DNA from: Takakia lepidozioides
Taxonomy: Eukaryota; Plantae; Bryophyta
Assembly: GCA_030704615.1 (NCBI GenBank)
Contig: CM060733.1
Span: 48,298,001 to 48,362,000 of the forward strand
Direction of reading: 5' to 3'
DNA: 64,000 nt
In this document: positions 1 to 12,021 of the stretch, piece after piece
Layout of the letters: each line of letters begins with the position of its first letter
How positions within the stretch are numbered: position 1 is the first letter of the stretch
The notes under the pieces: model-generated
Seen by the model: only the letters and a program-made list of their open reading frames with translations
Database searches by the model: none
What the model was told of the DNA's origin: nothing
Program-made: the position numbers and the translations under genes

Positions 1-97
1 AGATCAACTTATCTGTGCAATATTATTGGTTAATGATACTTAGCTGCGCTTATTGCAACTACTCACATTTACTTTCCATTTGAAACAATGAGTTCAG

Positions 98-997
98 GAA
101 CATCCCCAGTTTATGGCATAGGAACAGCTACGATGTCTGATGACGATGATGAAGAGGAATACGAAGGTGATGGTAGTGCATATGACCCAAACTTGGACCC
201 CCACCCAAACTTGGAATCCCCTGAATATGATGGGAGTTTGGGGCCAATTGTACCTACCGAGGAAGAGCGATGTACACTCCGCGAGTGCATACGAAAGGAG
301 CTAAAATCGGAGCTCAAGCAGGCAAACATCATCAGGACTACCTTTAGTGATGATGTGTTCTTCCATATTTGTCTAAATTTTGCTAGAGCTTTAGGCCTGC
401 ATGTTTTTAAACACTTGATGAAATTTGTAACTACATCTAGATCAGATGCATACATAAAGGAAGATACCCATCACTCCAAACGAAAATACTTATATACATT
501 TCTTCCACAGAAGACGTGCCACTCGAGGTGATTGTAATACATGTTTCAGATATCTCAGGGATACCGGAGAATAATTGGGGATGTTCGAGAGGAGATATTG
601 CGCAAGCGTCGGGCTGGGAAGTTGCCCCAAGGCACCACTGCAGTACTGAAGGCCTGGTGGTATGAGCACCGAGAATGGCCTTATCCAACGGTACACGCAC
701 GTATCCAACAGCTAATGTTACACACCTTGTAACTTTGTATTGCATTTACAGTGTATGTTACCATCGTAGGTAGGTAGAACTTCAAAACGCTATGAAGAAG
801 TTGACATTGTCTTGTTGAATTGCTTGATATCTTACTCTCTAATTATAGTGCGCGTACCTAAGCTGCAGGAGGAGCAGAAAGAAGAACTTGTCAAGGAGAC
901 TGGACTGGAACACAAGCAAGTCAACAACTGGTTTATCAACCAGCGGAAACGCAATTGGGAGCGTTTGATGAATATGGACCCGCCATCCTCTTCATAA
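98..997 (+). CDS. Class II KNOX (KNAT3/MKN1-like) TALE homeobox gene, copy A; last three coding exons 98-321, 559-690, 869-997 (5' exons lie outside the window)
   Basis: Spliced translation: [19 protein letters not shown]...[10 protein letters not shown]...[10 protein letters not shown]|[34 protein letters not shown]...WPYPT|[30 protein letters not shown]. This is ELK plus a TALE homeodomain with class II intron positions; the donor at 322 is GC. Confidence 0.93.
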
Positions 998-1379
998 CTG
1001 AAAGATAAACCCTAGAACAAATAGGGACAGTGAGTATACATAGAGCTCACTTCTATCTCACTTCAATTTTCTCGTCTTGCTCAAGAGCTATTGAAATGGG
1101 CTGGTTCCTAAAGGTTCTCCTATCTCTCATTGGCTATCATTAGTCGTTTGACAACTTTTGGTTTTTGGCCCCCAGGGGAAATGGACGATGGAACTTTAGT
1201 TACCAGCTGAATTTATGCATTGTGAAACACGACATTTTAGTTACCAGCTGAAATTATGCATTGTGAAAAGTGACGAAAGAAGGATGGATAGGCAATCTAA
1301 TAGAACGTCCGCAGAAAGCTCAAAGAGCACATGGACAATTGTCTAAGAGTCCAAGCACTGTCAATCATTTCAGTTCCTC

Positions 1380-1612
1380 ATTGTGAATCTTGACCTCCGA
1401 GAGGGGTTGGAGTCTCAGAGAATAGAAATTTGATGTCACAGAAGGTGGACGCGTTGCCGAAGCAAGCGTAACTTATGGTGTCACTTGACCCAGCAGGGCT
1501 ACTGCCTTCCGGTAGGAAGGTGGACACCTTTGTAACAACCAACAGGGTGGTTTGAACCCACAACCACTCGTAAGAGGGTATATGCCCTTACCACTGGGCT
1601 ACATGTTGGTTG
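1380..1612 (-). mobile_element. tRNA-headed SINE-like element
   Basis: Minus strand has an A-box-like TAGCCCAGTGGTAA and a B-box-like GGTTCAAACC, enclosed by a 9-bp stem (1536-1544/1604-1612). Related copies occur at ~30440-30578, 47105-47260 and ~52095-52155. The 3' boundary is approximate. Confidence 0.55.
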
Positions 1613-1699
1613 TGATGTCACAGTAGTAGTAGAAATGACAGTGAAAGGAGAAATGTTCTTCACTTTCGAGTTCCCAGTTATTCCCAACGCAAACGGAAA

Positions 1700-1960
1700 T
1701 TAATGTCCCATGAAATTGTCCTCAAGTATGCCCTTCCTCGGGTCCTTATTGGCCTAACTCCATCCTTCCTTCCAGGGTGCAAACAACCCGTTGATCCATG
1801 GACAAGAATCGCCGCAGTTCCTCGACAAGTTCCCTACAAAACACCCAAAACTTTTGCATCGCTGATAACCTCCCCCCCCAAAACTGCATCGCTCATGATA
1901 GCCTCCACTGATCAACAGTCCCCCTCCTCAACCCTTGCAGGCCACTCCTTCACCTCAGTT
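1700..1960 (-). pseudogene. Degenerate inverted copy of the last exon (plus intron 6 end) of the GT4 gene at 38840-45764
   Basis: After the AG acceptor (exon top 1833) it reads GTCRGTAAILVHGSTGCLHPGRKDGVRP, versus GTAAGGTLEIVVNGTTGRLHPVGKDGVKP in the intact gene. Confidence 0.75.
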
Positions 1961-3242
1961 ATTGACATAATCTTGGACAAACCAACAAATCGAGAGAGAG
2001 GAGGAGTGACTCACAAGCCACAAAGCGCCCACAAGTCGATCCCTCAGTGGTATCCATGAAAAATTAGTGCATCTGCAACTTCTCTTGACTTTTTTGTTTA
2101 TAGCTTTTTTTCCAAAGGTTCTTGCTACATGTAAGTATGCCACCTTTTTACTGCGGGACAATTAGCCCCATTTGAACCCTAAGTTCCGTTGGCAATGAGT
2201 AGCCCGCAGTTTTAAATAGGTTCCATATGGGCAGAGTATATTAGAGTATTTTAGAGGTGCATCGCAATCAAGCAACCCGTCCGGTGGAGTGAAGAAAATC
2301 CCTACCTTTTCGGTGGACCATATTTTCTTTCTTGCAGGGCACTCAGCCGTGTTGCTCACCTAACAAAGGTGGATAGTATGTGAGAGGTACATGTCCGTCT
2401 GACAGTCGGTGCCTAATGTTAGCAATGGGGCCCATTGTGCGATTTGTTTGGGGGGGTGTAATGTAAGTAAGTATAGGAGGAAGTCACTGGGCAGAGGTAC
2501 TTCCCCCTTTTGAAGTTTGCGGAATGAGGCCGTAGCGTAGTAGTGAGGGACAGTGACTTAAGAGATTTTCCAACTTTTTTCTTTTCAGCTTATTTCTTTG
2601 TATTGATAGATAAGAGAAAGACTCAATCGTAAGAAGGAGAAAGGCAAGAAGTAAAGAAATTGAAAGATAAAGAAAAGAAAAGAAAAGAGCCCAGCCTTAT
2701 AGGGAGATCCCTGCGTAAGATATCTTGCTGGGAATTTCCCTATAAGACCCCGGATAGGGAATTTCTGCTCTAGAAAATCCCAAAGAAAAAAAAAGCTGGA
2801 AATCTTTGCGGAAACTCGGTGTCGTGAAGTTGCCCAAGCTGATATCTGGGTTCATTAGTGGAGTTCATCACTAAAACTTGGTAGCCCAAAAGTTATAGTT
2901 CATTTTGAATGAGGCTACACAATTCAGACTCATAATCTCCACATATACCCATAATATGAATAAAACTTTATGGTTTGGCATTTTTTCTCTAAGTATTTTT
3001 AGAATACAAAATGAGACAGGCCCGTTGCTCCCGGACGGTTCAAAAATAAACTCCTGTTCTGTAAATTGTTTAAAAAAAAGAAAACTAATGTCTATATCTA
3101 TCTATCTATATATGTAGTTATGGGTTCATCCCTCCCTGGGTAAGTGCCTTTACAGCCCTCTTGGGGGTTTTGATTATTTTCTCATTCAGTTTCCTAGAAT
3201 ATAGCCGGCATGATTCAACAGGTCTCATCAAAATGCAGACTG

Positions 3243-3368
3243 CACAAGGTGATCCTAGAACACGAGAATTAATAGTCTGAATATAATGTCTAAGAAACTT
3301 GCCAAAGATTTCTTACAAGCTTCTTACACGGTAGACTGTTAATTCTTATGTTCTAGGATTAGCTTGTG
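3243..3368. ncRNA. Imperfect hairpin (candidate MIR/hpRNA), paralogue of 59034-59307
   Basis: cacaaggtgatcctagaacacgagaattaatagtct pairs with agactgttaattcttatgttctaggattagcttgtg; inner stem taagaaacttg/caagcttctta. The hairpin is directly visible; RNA function is inferred. Confidence 0.45.
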
Positions 3369-3841
3369 GCAAATTTAAGTGGAGCTCGATCTGCTAAAGC
3401 GTCTCGGTCCAAGTGGCTGGAAAATGAGTTTGCCTTTCTTTTGGAGTAATTGACCATTTCTAGTTGGGGAAGGTGGCATGGGCTAGGGATGAACCCAGCA
3501 GTACTGGAAGATCGTTTCTTTAGGTGGTGTGATCCATCATAAGGCCATCTAGCTACAAAGGTATCCATGTTCCAGTGTGACCCCCTCATTTTCAAATTGA
3601 TCAGTTCATACAGAATAGTGCTTTTCGAGTCTAATGGAAAGACGATAGATCTGATGCTCATTAAATGTGGTGATTTTAAGCTATCCCTTCTGATGGAAGT
3701 ATGAAGTTCCAGCTAGTAGGAGGTTGATCCGCAAAATGACCTTTAGTCAAATGTTATGCAGCCCATGGACATAAAATCCAATGCACTAATTAATTACGCC
3801 TCCTGCAACTAGGAACCCTAGCATATTGTCAAGTTGTCTTA

Positions 3842-4275
3842 GGCTTCGGCCGCACCGCACTACTAACGTCTGTTAGGCTAGTGCCTAACTACTACTAACT
3901 ACAAAAATACGGCCGCACGGGCCTGCTTTAAATGTTTTAGCTCTAACTACTGCTATCTACTATTAACTAATCCTTTGTAGTTTACGACGACTTTTAGCAG
4001 TACCTCCCCCAGTGCTAAATCTAAGTTGGAGCGCCGTTTTCGGGCAGCTGCCCACGCCATTTCGCCGTTTCTAGGAAAAACGGCTAGCAAACGAGGTTGA
4101 GGGAAATCGGGCAGGGGCAGCGAACAATAGTTTATAACTAAAACTGCGCGTAACAACCGTTATGCTAACTTTTCAGTGCGGCAGCGATAAAGTTAATTGG
4201 AATAGCATTTAGGAAAGAGCGCCTGCTAAGATGTTAGCAGGCGTGCTATGCTAGCCGCGCCATGCGGCCGGGGCC
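3842..4275. mobile_element. Tourist-like (PIF/Harbinger) MITE
   Basis: TIRs ggcttcggccgca / tgcggccggggcc; TTA TSD at 3839-41 and 4276-78; the paralogous site at ~59511-59530 (tgtcaagttttcttagtgag) is empty. Confidence 0.88.
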
Positions 4276-4876
4276 TTACTAAGATTGCTCAAATCTACAT
4301 CTACCCTCTGGAAATTGAATGCTTATTATTGAAAGCTTAGCTACTATTTAAATAATGGGCTGGCTTGGACGCACGACATTTCAAGCCATGCAAGCTTATA
4401 GGGATGTCACATCACAGTGACAAGCCTAGAGAAGCTTGGAGGCCATACATCCCGTCGATCGAGGCCTGCCTCTCGTGCACGATCGAACACCTTTACTGGT
4501 AGGTTGTTGTGTGCACGATCAAACCTTACTAGTACCTATCGGATGCAAAATCTCTCTAAATTTCGTTGTCGCTCCAGTGCATCAACACTCTCTTGCCTTA
4601 TAGCTTTATTTGCAGGTAAGCTTCTAGTCCTACTCAAGTAACCTCATGATGCAGAAGCAGCATTTACTTCCAGCAATTCTACTAAAAGCAAGGAGCAGAT
4701 GAGGGATTCAGAGAATTATATATATATGCTTGTAAGTGAGAGCTAGAACCCAACATCAAATTGCAAGGAACTTATAATGCTCACTTATAACGCTTGATTA
4801 ATGCCTCATCAAAATCAATTGTGTTGTGATACTTACCTAGGGTGCTCCTACCATCAAAGAACCGGTGTACTGTTGG

Positions 4877-5273
4877 TGCAGAAAAGTTCACAATGTATTT
4901 GTTGGCCGATGACTATATTGCATGCGGGCGAGTCCAACACTTCATCTAATGAACGATCAGATCTATGCAGATTGGTTGTCAATGCAAGGTGCCATATTGC
5001 ACCCTCCTCAGAACCAAGGTGAGCTTGGAAGCTAAGTTCGTTTTCAGCATATAGTCCATAAAGTTCAGCTCTCTACTGGTCCATCCTGACAGAGGTCCAA
5101 TAGGCCTTGCTCTTGGATTATCACCAATCCCACCTCGGTTTGATGAGGTTGCAATATGGCGCCCTAGATTGGACAACCAATGTGCATCGATCTGATTGGC
5201 ATAAGGTGAAGTGCTGGACTCGCCCGAAGGCTGCATCACAATCCAGCAACTATAGTGTAATCTGCTTGCTGCA
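4877..5273. ncRNA. ~400-nt imperfect fold-back (candidate long MIR precursor/hpRNA)
   Basis: Arm 4925-5028 pairs with arm 5124-5226 over ~100 nt with scattered mismatches. A weaker outer stem joins 4877-4905 and 5243-5273. Confidence 0.5.
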
Positions 5274-8200
5274 CAAACAAGACATCACTTCTGTGTGGCA
5301 TCATGAGTATTGAAAATCTAAAACTGGGAGATAGGGAAAAGTGTACGATCACACCATGACAGGTTCAAAAGACTCAATGAAGGAGATCGATAGCAACAAT
5401 AGAGGAAAACGCGGAATAACCACTCTGGCAACTACTCATTTTGAGTGGGAAAAAACACCCAACCACTTTGGCATGTCTAGTGGTATAGAACCAGTGGATT
5501 TTGACTCAGCAGTGGTCAAAGACATGACGTGTCCGGAGTGGTTAACGACAATGGTTACGATCACTTGCCTCCGAGTCCAGCTGTTCGCTTACGTGTCACA
5601 GTGGTAAAATAACCAGTTGTGACGTGTCACAGTGGTAAACTAACCACTTCAGAACATAGTGATTCCAACCACTTCCACCGTATGCGACGTGGACGCATCT
5701 CCGTCGATCATACTTAGCAATGGACGGACACGTGTCCGTATCCATATGGACACGTGGACGAATCCGGTTGCACGGTTATGTTGACCACGATCTGAACACG
5801 TGGCAATGTTGCAAATTAGCACGTGCCCTATTTTAGGGATGCGCTGGAAAATGCAATGACTACACAAACAACTCTGTGAGTGAGCATTGAATAACAAGAA
5901 TAGTCATGAAACGAGAATAAACAATGTATATTATCACTTATTGAGTGGTTCTACCAGTGTTGCAATAGTGGTTAGGATGTGTGGTAAAACCATTGTCTGA
6001 GTGGTTCTAATAGTATTGAGGTAGTGGTTAGGTTGTGTGCTAAGACCACCTATTGAGTGGTTGTAGCATTATTGCAGTAGTGGTTACTTTGTGTGCTAAA
6101 ACCACGGACTGAGTGGTTGTACCAGTATTGATGTAGTGGTTAGGTTGTGTGCTGAAACCACTCACTGTGTCCGTAAGGGACCATATATTGGAATTATTAC
6201 TGCCAGAGTGGTATGTTAGTGGTTAGGGCTGCATCTGGAGGCATACAACCACTCTTGCCTACTGTGACAGTCTCACATATACCACTAACAGTGGACATTC
6301 TCATACATTTCCTATACATTCCAAGCGAATATGCATACCCAAATACTCTTGAAGATTCACCATTCAAAAAACACAATAGAATCCAAGAGAGAAAGTGCAG
6401 GAACAGAGTCAACAAAATCCAGCCATGAACAAGGTAATACATCTACACTACGTCTCTGCAAGCATGCTAAAAGCCATGAACTACTTTCCTGCCTTTTCCT
6501 CACTGCCAACAATGTTTATGCCCGGTTGAACCATACTTCTAACCCCTTCTCAGGTTCTTCTCTGGCCAAAGGGTGTTCCTACCAAGGACGTGGTCCAACT
6601 CGGTTTGCGGTGGGTCATCTTCCTCATTAGGATGAGGCAACACACAATGTGAAACATGGACATACTGGACCTCAACACGGTACATGCCTTCAGGAATAAC
6701 TCGATAGTGATATGTGTCTTTGCCAGGCACACCAGTGACAACTCCAGTGTCGACCCTATGTCGTGATGATAAATGATCATACAGGTGGACTTTGTCCTTC
6801 ATCTTAAACTGCACCCAACACCCACCACAAAATGCATATGAATCAACCCATGAAGACATACATGTACTGATGGTATTGAAAGCTAGAGAATGAGGAACGT
6901 CAACTGCAATTAAAAACCGAAAGAGTACTGTACTTTTGGTAGCATAAGTGGATCTGTGAGAGCGGCAGGGGGTTGAATTGTGGGGGTTGGCTTTGATGCA
7001 GGTGCAATTGGTGCAGTGCATATGGAAGTATGAAGAGCAGCTTTCTCAGCCTGCAAACATCACCCCCCAACACCCCTTAGAACTCTAAAGTCCTGTAAAT
7101 GTCACAGCCATGTACCCGACATGGCTAAATGACCACATTCTACAACAAACGTAGCCAACAGGGACGGCTTATGGGTGCTCACCTCTAGTACGGGGATTAC
7201 AGCAAGACCAGGTGCCTCCTCAAGGCCCACCTGATCCTTACTCCCGCTAGATGCTGGTGTTATGTCGCCAATTGCATCAGCCATTTTGAAAGTGTCTTTG
7301 GCAACAGTGGCTCTGGTCACACGTTCAGCTTTTCGTGTTTGTTTCTTTTCAGCTCCCTTCACGACGGCTGGGGCAGGCTCCTCAGCTTTTCTCCCCTATT
7401 TACATGCCAGAAACAACATGGTATAGTACATGAGTACTTACCAACATGTTCATAATGCATTCATGGCTGTATTGGTGTCACTCACACCATTAAATAAAAT
7501 ATACATGAGAGTAACAGATGACGGACAGTCTGCCCAAGAAAATGAAACAAGATAAAGTCTGGGAGGAGGTACCTCTTTCTGTGGGGAAGTTGTCTGGTGA
7601 GGAATATGTACATTCTTGTCTGCCAACACCCTATTGTCACCCTTACCAGCACTGTCAATGGAGCAGACGTCATCACCAGCAGCCAATGATGTCCCACTTG
7701 CACCTCCCTTCTTGCGTGGCAATTTTTCAGGAGCCCCCTTGCGCCCCACCCGTACAGTAGTGATTACAGTGTCCTCAACCACTAAATGTGGCTTTTCCCC
7801 AACTTGTGGAGCTTCTTCCTACACCTGAGCAAAACATACCACAGCAGCTCATCTCAAACTCAAGAAACACTTTAGGGACGCCAAAAAAAAAAAACGTGGG
7901 GTGAAGAATAATGTAACCCACCTCTTGCACAAAAGTGTTGCCTTCCAAGCCTGCGTCATCATCCACTGGTGCAATTAAAGGACATGTTGGGATAGCAATT
8001 GGAGGAGGGGCGGGTGTCGATATTCCCAGCATCATTGCCATCAATGCATCCAATTTTTGGGCATTGTCCTTGGAAGCCTTAGCCACTTCAGCTTTTACAG
8101 TGGCCAATGCGCCCTCAATCGTGAGGATCTGGGTTTCTGACAAGGCAACCACACTACCCTCAAGATGGGACAGTCGAGCCTGCATCGCACTCCCTCCTCC

Positions 8201-9410
8201 CTACAGACCCAAACAACATGGAGATAATGAGTTTGTATGGTCTGTCTGCTGATGCAAGAAATCTAGGTAGTGACAAAGTAAGGGCCGCACGACATTTACC
8301 TCTACGTCATGACATGACTGGGAGCCATATCCTTTGTCCACCTTTGCGGCATGTGCCAGCTCAATCAAGCTTGGACTGCTTGCTCGGTCTTTCTTCTACC
8401 AGTGCCACAACAAAAACAAGTAAGCCCCTACTCATGAAATCATTTCACTAGTACATATTAACGTTTTTATGACTATGGATATCACTGCATTTGCAGTGAT
8501 AAATGCTTCTATGACTACCTCACTCTGCAGTGACAAACACAAAGTCAGTTCTACCATGACTACGGAGTGATAAGTGCGAAGTCATGGTCGTCACTGAGGA
8601 CGTGGCATGGGATAGTGATGCAGGGTTTGGTGATGTAGTCATAACAAATATGACTACACGACTGAAAGTTATGACTGAGGTTACAACTATATCACTACAA
8701 CATTGCGCCTATATGGAGAGGCCTTTGCGTGACATGTGGGATCCTGGGGATTTGACATGTGTAATCATCGTCTGATGGTGCAATGGAGTAGTCATATCTT
8801 CATGACTACACGACTATGGGTATGACTATATCACTACAACATACAACACTACTAATGTCACGTGGTCTTGTTGGAGCAGGTGTGACTGACACGTGTTGAT
8901 CATGTAAATTTTACAATTTATTAAATATTATTTAATTTTAGATGACTAATTTAGATATTAAACTATATTAAATTAATATGAAATTTAATAAACCATGCGG
9001 TGGAGCTCTCATAAGGACAACAATTGGCAAAGAGGAAAGACCATCTATACCAAGACACAACCCCTCTGCAGGGAAAGAGAGCATGCATTAATCTTCTAAT
9101 GACCAAAGAATCGATCCCCAACCCTGCTGGCAATTGCAAAGAGTGGCAAAAAAAGATTCTACCACCAACCCTATTGCATAGACTGGCAGAAGCAACAATA
9201 TGATACAATATGAAAGACACAACTACAATCAAACATGTCATCCATAGAAACACCATAACACAACCTCAGAGGACATTGCACCTTCGAACGATATTGGATG
9301 TTAATACATCACACAGTGACATGGTGTTTGAACTAGTCTGCCTATATATATTCCCAAAATATACTTCATTCTTCAAGCACGATGTTGCTAAGCACTACCG
9401 CAACAATAAA

Positions 9411-10862
9411 TTGACCATCTACCCATGCAGGTTTCTTGTAGCTATCCTTCCACAGGCAATCATAGGTAATCTGGAGCTTGAAATCCGGCCCTCTTGGATG
9501 AATCTGGACCTACGCTCTATCCCTGCTCCTTCAGCTATCCATGCTTCTACACAAAAATCATGCATACATCCTTGCCTTGCTGCTAGCAGCTGACAATGAC
9601 AGCCTAGATTTTTTCTAGGAAACACCCAACTCAACTTATCACACTAGTTCCTATGCTCAATGGCATACGCTACTCTCTGTAATCCAGCAGGCATTCACCT
9701 TTTTGCATCGATAGTCCCACCATTGACTGGGGTCAGAAAGTATTCATTCCACAGCGTCTCCTCGTCTCTGTTACCTGTTTCTGGATACTTTCATATTGTC
9801 ACATTGGCAGTTTCATGTCAAAGTCACTCCAAACTAAATTCACTCAATTAGCTAACTTGCAGAATGCAACATGAAAATTTAGGGCCGATTCTGATAAGAG
9901 GGAAAAACAGGGTGAATTGTGTTGAAGAAGGTGCCTTGATTACCAGTGCCTAAATTTATCAATTGTGCCGCTGTTGCTGCGACTTCCAGTTGACCATCTA
10001 CCCATGCAGGTTTCTTGTAGCTACCCTTCCACATGAAATCATAGGTAATCTGGAGCTTGAAATCCAGCCCTCTTGGATGAATCTGGACCCACACTCTATC
10101 CCTGCTCCTTCAACTATCCATACCTCTGCACAAATCATGAATACATCCTTGCATTGCTGCTAGCAGCTGACAATGACAGCCTAGAATTGTTCCAGCAAAC
10201 ACCCCAACCCTACTTATCACACTAGTTCCTATGCTTAATAGCATATGCTACTCTCTGTAATCCAACAGGCATTCACCTTTTTGCCTCGATTGTCCCACCA
10301 TTGACTGGGGCAGAAAGTATTCATTCCACAGTTTCTCCTCGTCTTTGTTACCTGTTTGTGGATACTTTCCTGTTGTTACATTGGCAGTATCATGTCAAAG
10401 TCACTCCAAACTATCAAAGGTTCACTCAACCAGCTAACGTGAAGAATTCAACATCTAGGGCCGATTCTGATAAGAGGGAAAAACAGGGTGAAATGTGTTG
10501 AAGAAGGTGCCTTGATTAGCAGTGCCTGAGATTATCAATTGTGCCGCTGCTGCTGCTGCTTCTAGTTGACCATCTACCCGTGCTGCTTCCACAGGGAATC
10601 ATAGATAATCTTGTGCTTGAAATCCGGCCCTCTTTGATGCTGGACCCACACTCTATCCCTGCTCCTTCAGCTATCCATGCCTCTGCACAGATTATTTATA
10701 CATCCTTGCCTTACTGCTAGCAGCTGACAATGACAGCCTATATTTGTTCTAGCAAACACCCAACTCCAGTTATCACCCTATGCTCAATGGCATCTCCTAC
10801 TCTCTGTAATCCAACAGGCATTCACCTTTTTGCCTCTATTGTCCCACCATTGACTGGGGTCA
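9411..10862. repeat. ~578-bp tandem repeat, ~2.5 units
   Basis: ttgaccatctaccc recurs at ~9411, 9990 and 10566 with alignable units; the same unit occurs at 48050-48806. Confidence 0.9.
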
Positions 10863-12021
10863 AAAAGAAGCTTTTTGGACTTCCCCTCTCTACTTCTCCT
10901 CTGCATATGAGCAAGCAGACCAGAACATCCAAACTCAATTGCAAGACTGAGTAGAACATCTCAACCGGCAACCGGCAACTGAACTGCTCAGAAACACATT
11001 CAAATTGAAGTTGGAACACGGAGGGAGACAACCTAGGATGGAAACATAACGGAACCCTTAAAGTCAATGATACATGGAACATACAGTACTAACATTCAAC
11101 ATGTCAGACAAAAGCTCCATGGGTTGCCTTCGAACATAAGACCGAGAAACATGAATGGCCAACACTCCATTTGCTTGCTCCTTTTCTTCTGTGTAAAATT
11201 GCATGTGAACCTGCACACCTACATATACAAAGAAACCATCACTGTCATAACAACATATCACGAGCTCAAACTAATTATAGCTGCTTTGTGTCCCAACTCA
11301 ATGTAGTCTTAGGTGAATAAGCACCTTGATACTTTTCTAGCTGCTTTACGTTTGAACATGCAGTGTTTGCCAAAACATGGCGTTGAGTGCTGCCTATAGG
11401 TCAGGAATTCCATTTGGTGTACTTGCAAGACATCATCCATGAAACAGTCTGCTGGAAAGGTGGAGTCTTGGTGATGAACATGTGGTAGGACCTCATAAGA
11501 AAAAACAGCAATGGATATCTACCTCTGGTAATAGCTGTGATCCCAAGAAGCACTTTATCAAGGTCATTACTGTCCAGCATATCCTTGAATGTAGGATACC
11601 AATCTGTGGCCTGCAACATAACAGAACGTACAACACTCACCACATACTTACCAGATACTCACCACATACTTACCACATACTTACCACATAAAAATGGCTC
11701 AACCTATTTCTATTTGGTCTTGGGGGTACCGCGGAGAACAAGGCCCGGACGACCATATTGCCCAAGACGGTGACGAGGTGGAAAAACATGAACTTGTAGC
11801 AACAATGTTTCATTTACCAACCAAAATCATACTGCCTGGATCTAATTGGAAGAATCCAGCCCAATTGTGTTTCTTGTAAACAACAAGATGTGAGTATGTA
11901 CATACACGATGTCTTCTACAATTGAGAAAACAAATCCATAGCAACATCGGACAAATATAGAGAGCACCACAGGGTACACCTGAGGAAAAATGAAAACTGA
12001 GAACAGTGAGGAAGGGAGTGA

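Larger units (their letters stand above)
1..4650 (+). repeat. Segmental duplication copy A (paralogous to ~54650-59905)
   Basis: Collinear matches in KNOX exons and introns and in the GT relic, plus 2108~58787, 3241~59091, 3466~59321, 4403~59697 and 4610~59867. Confidence 0.9.

Noticed and set aside
88-531. 147-aa ORF as a standalone gene
   Set aside because: It is KNOX exon 98-321 plus intron read-through; the ATG is intronic.
1490-1530. Hammerhead-like ribozyme in the three-way junction
   Set aside because: It lacks the CUGANGA/GAAA catalytic core on either strand.
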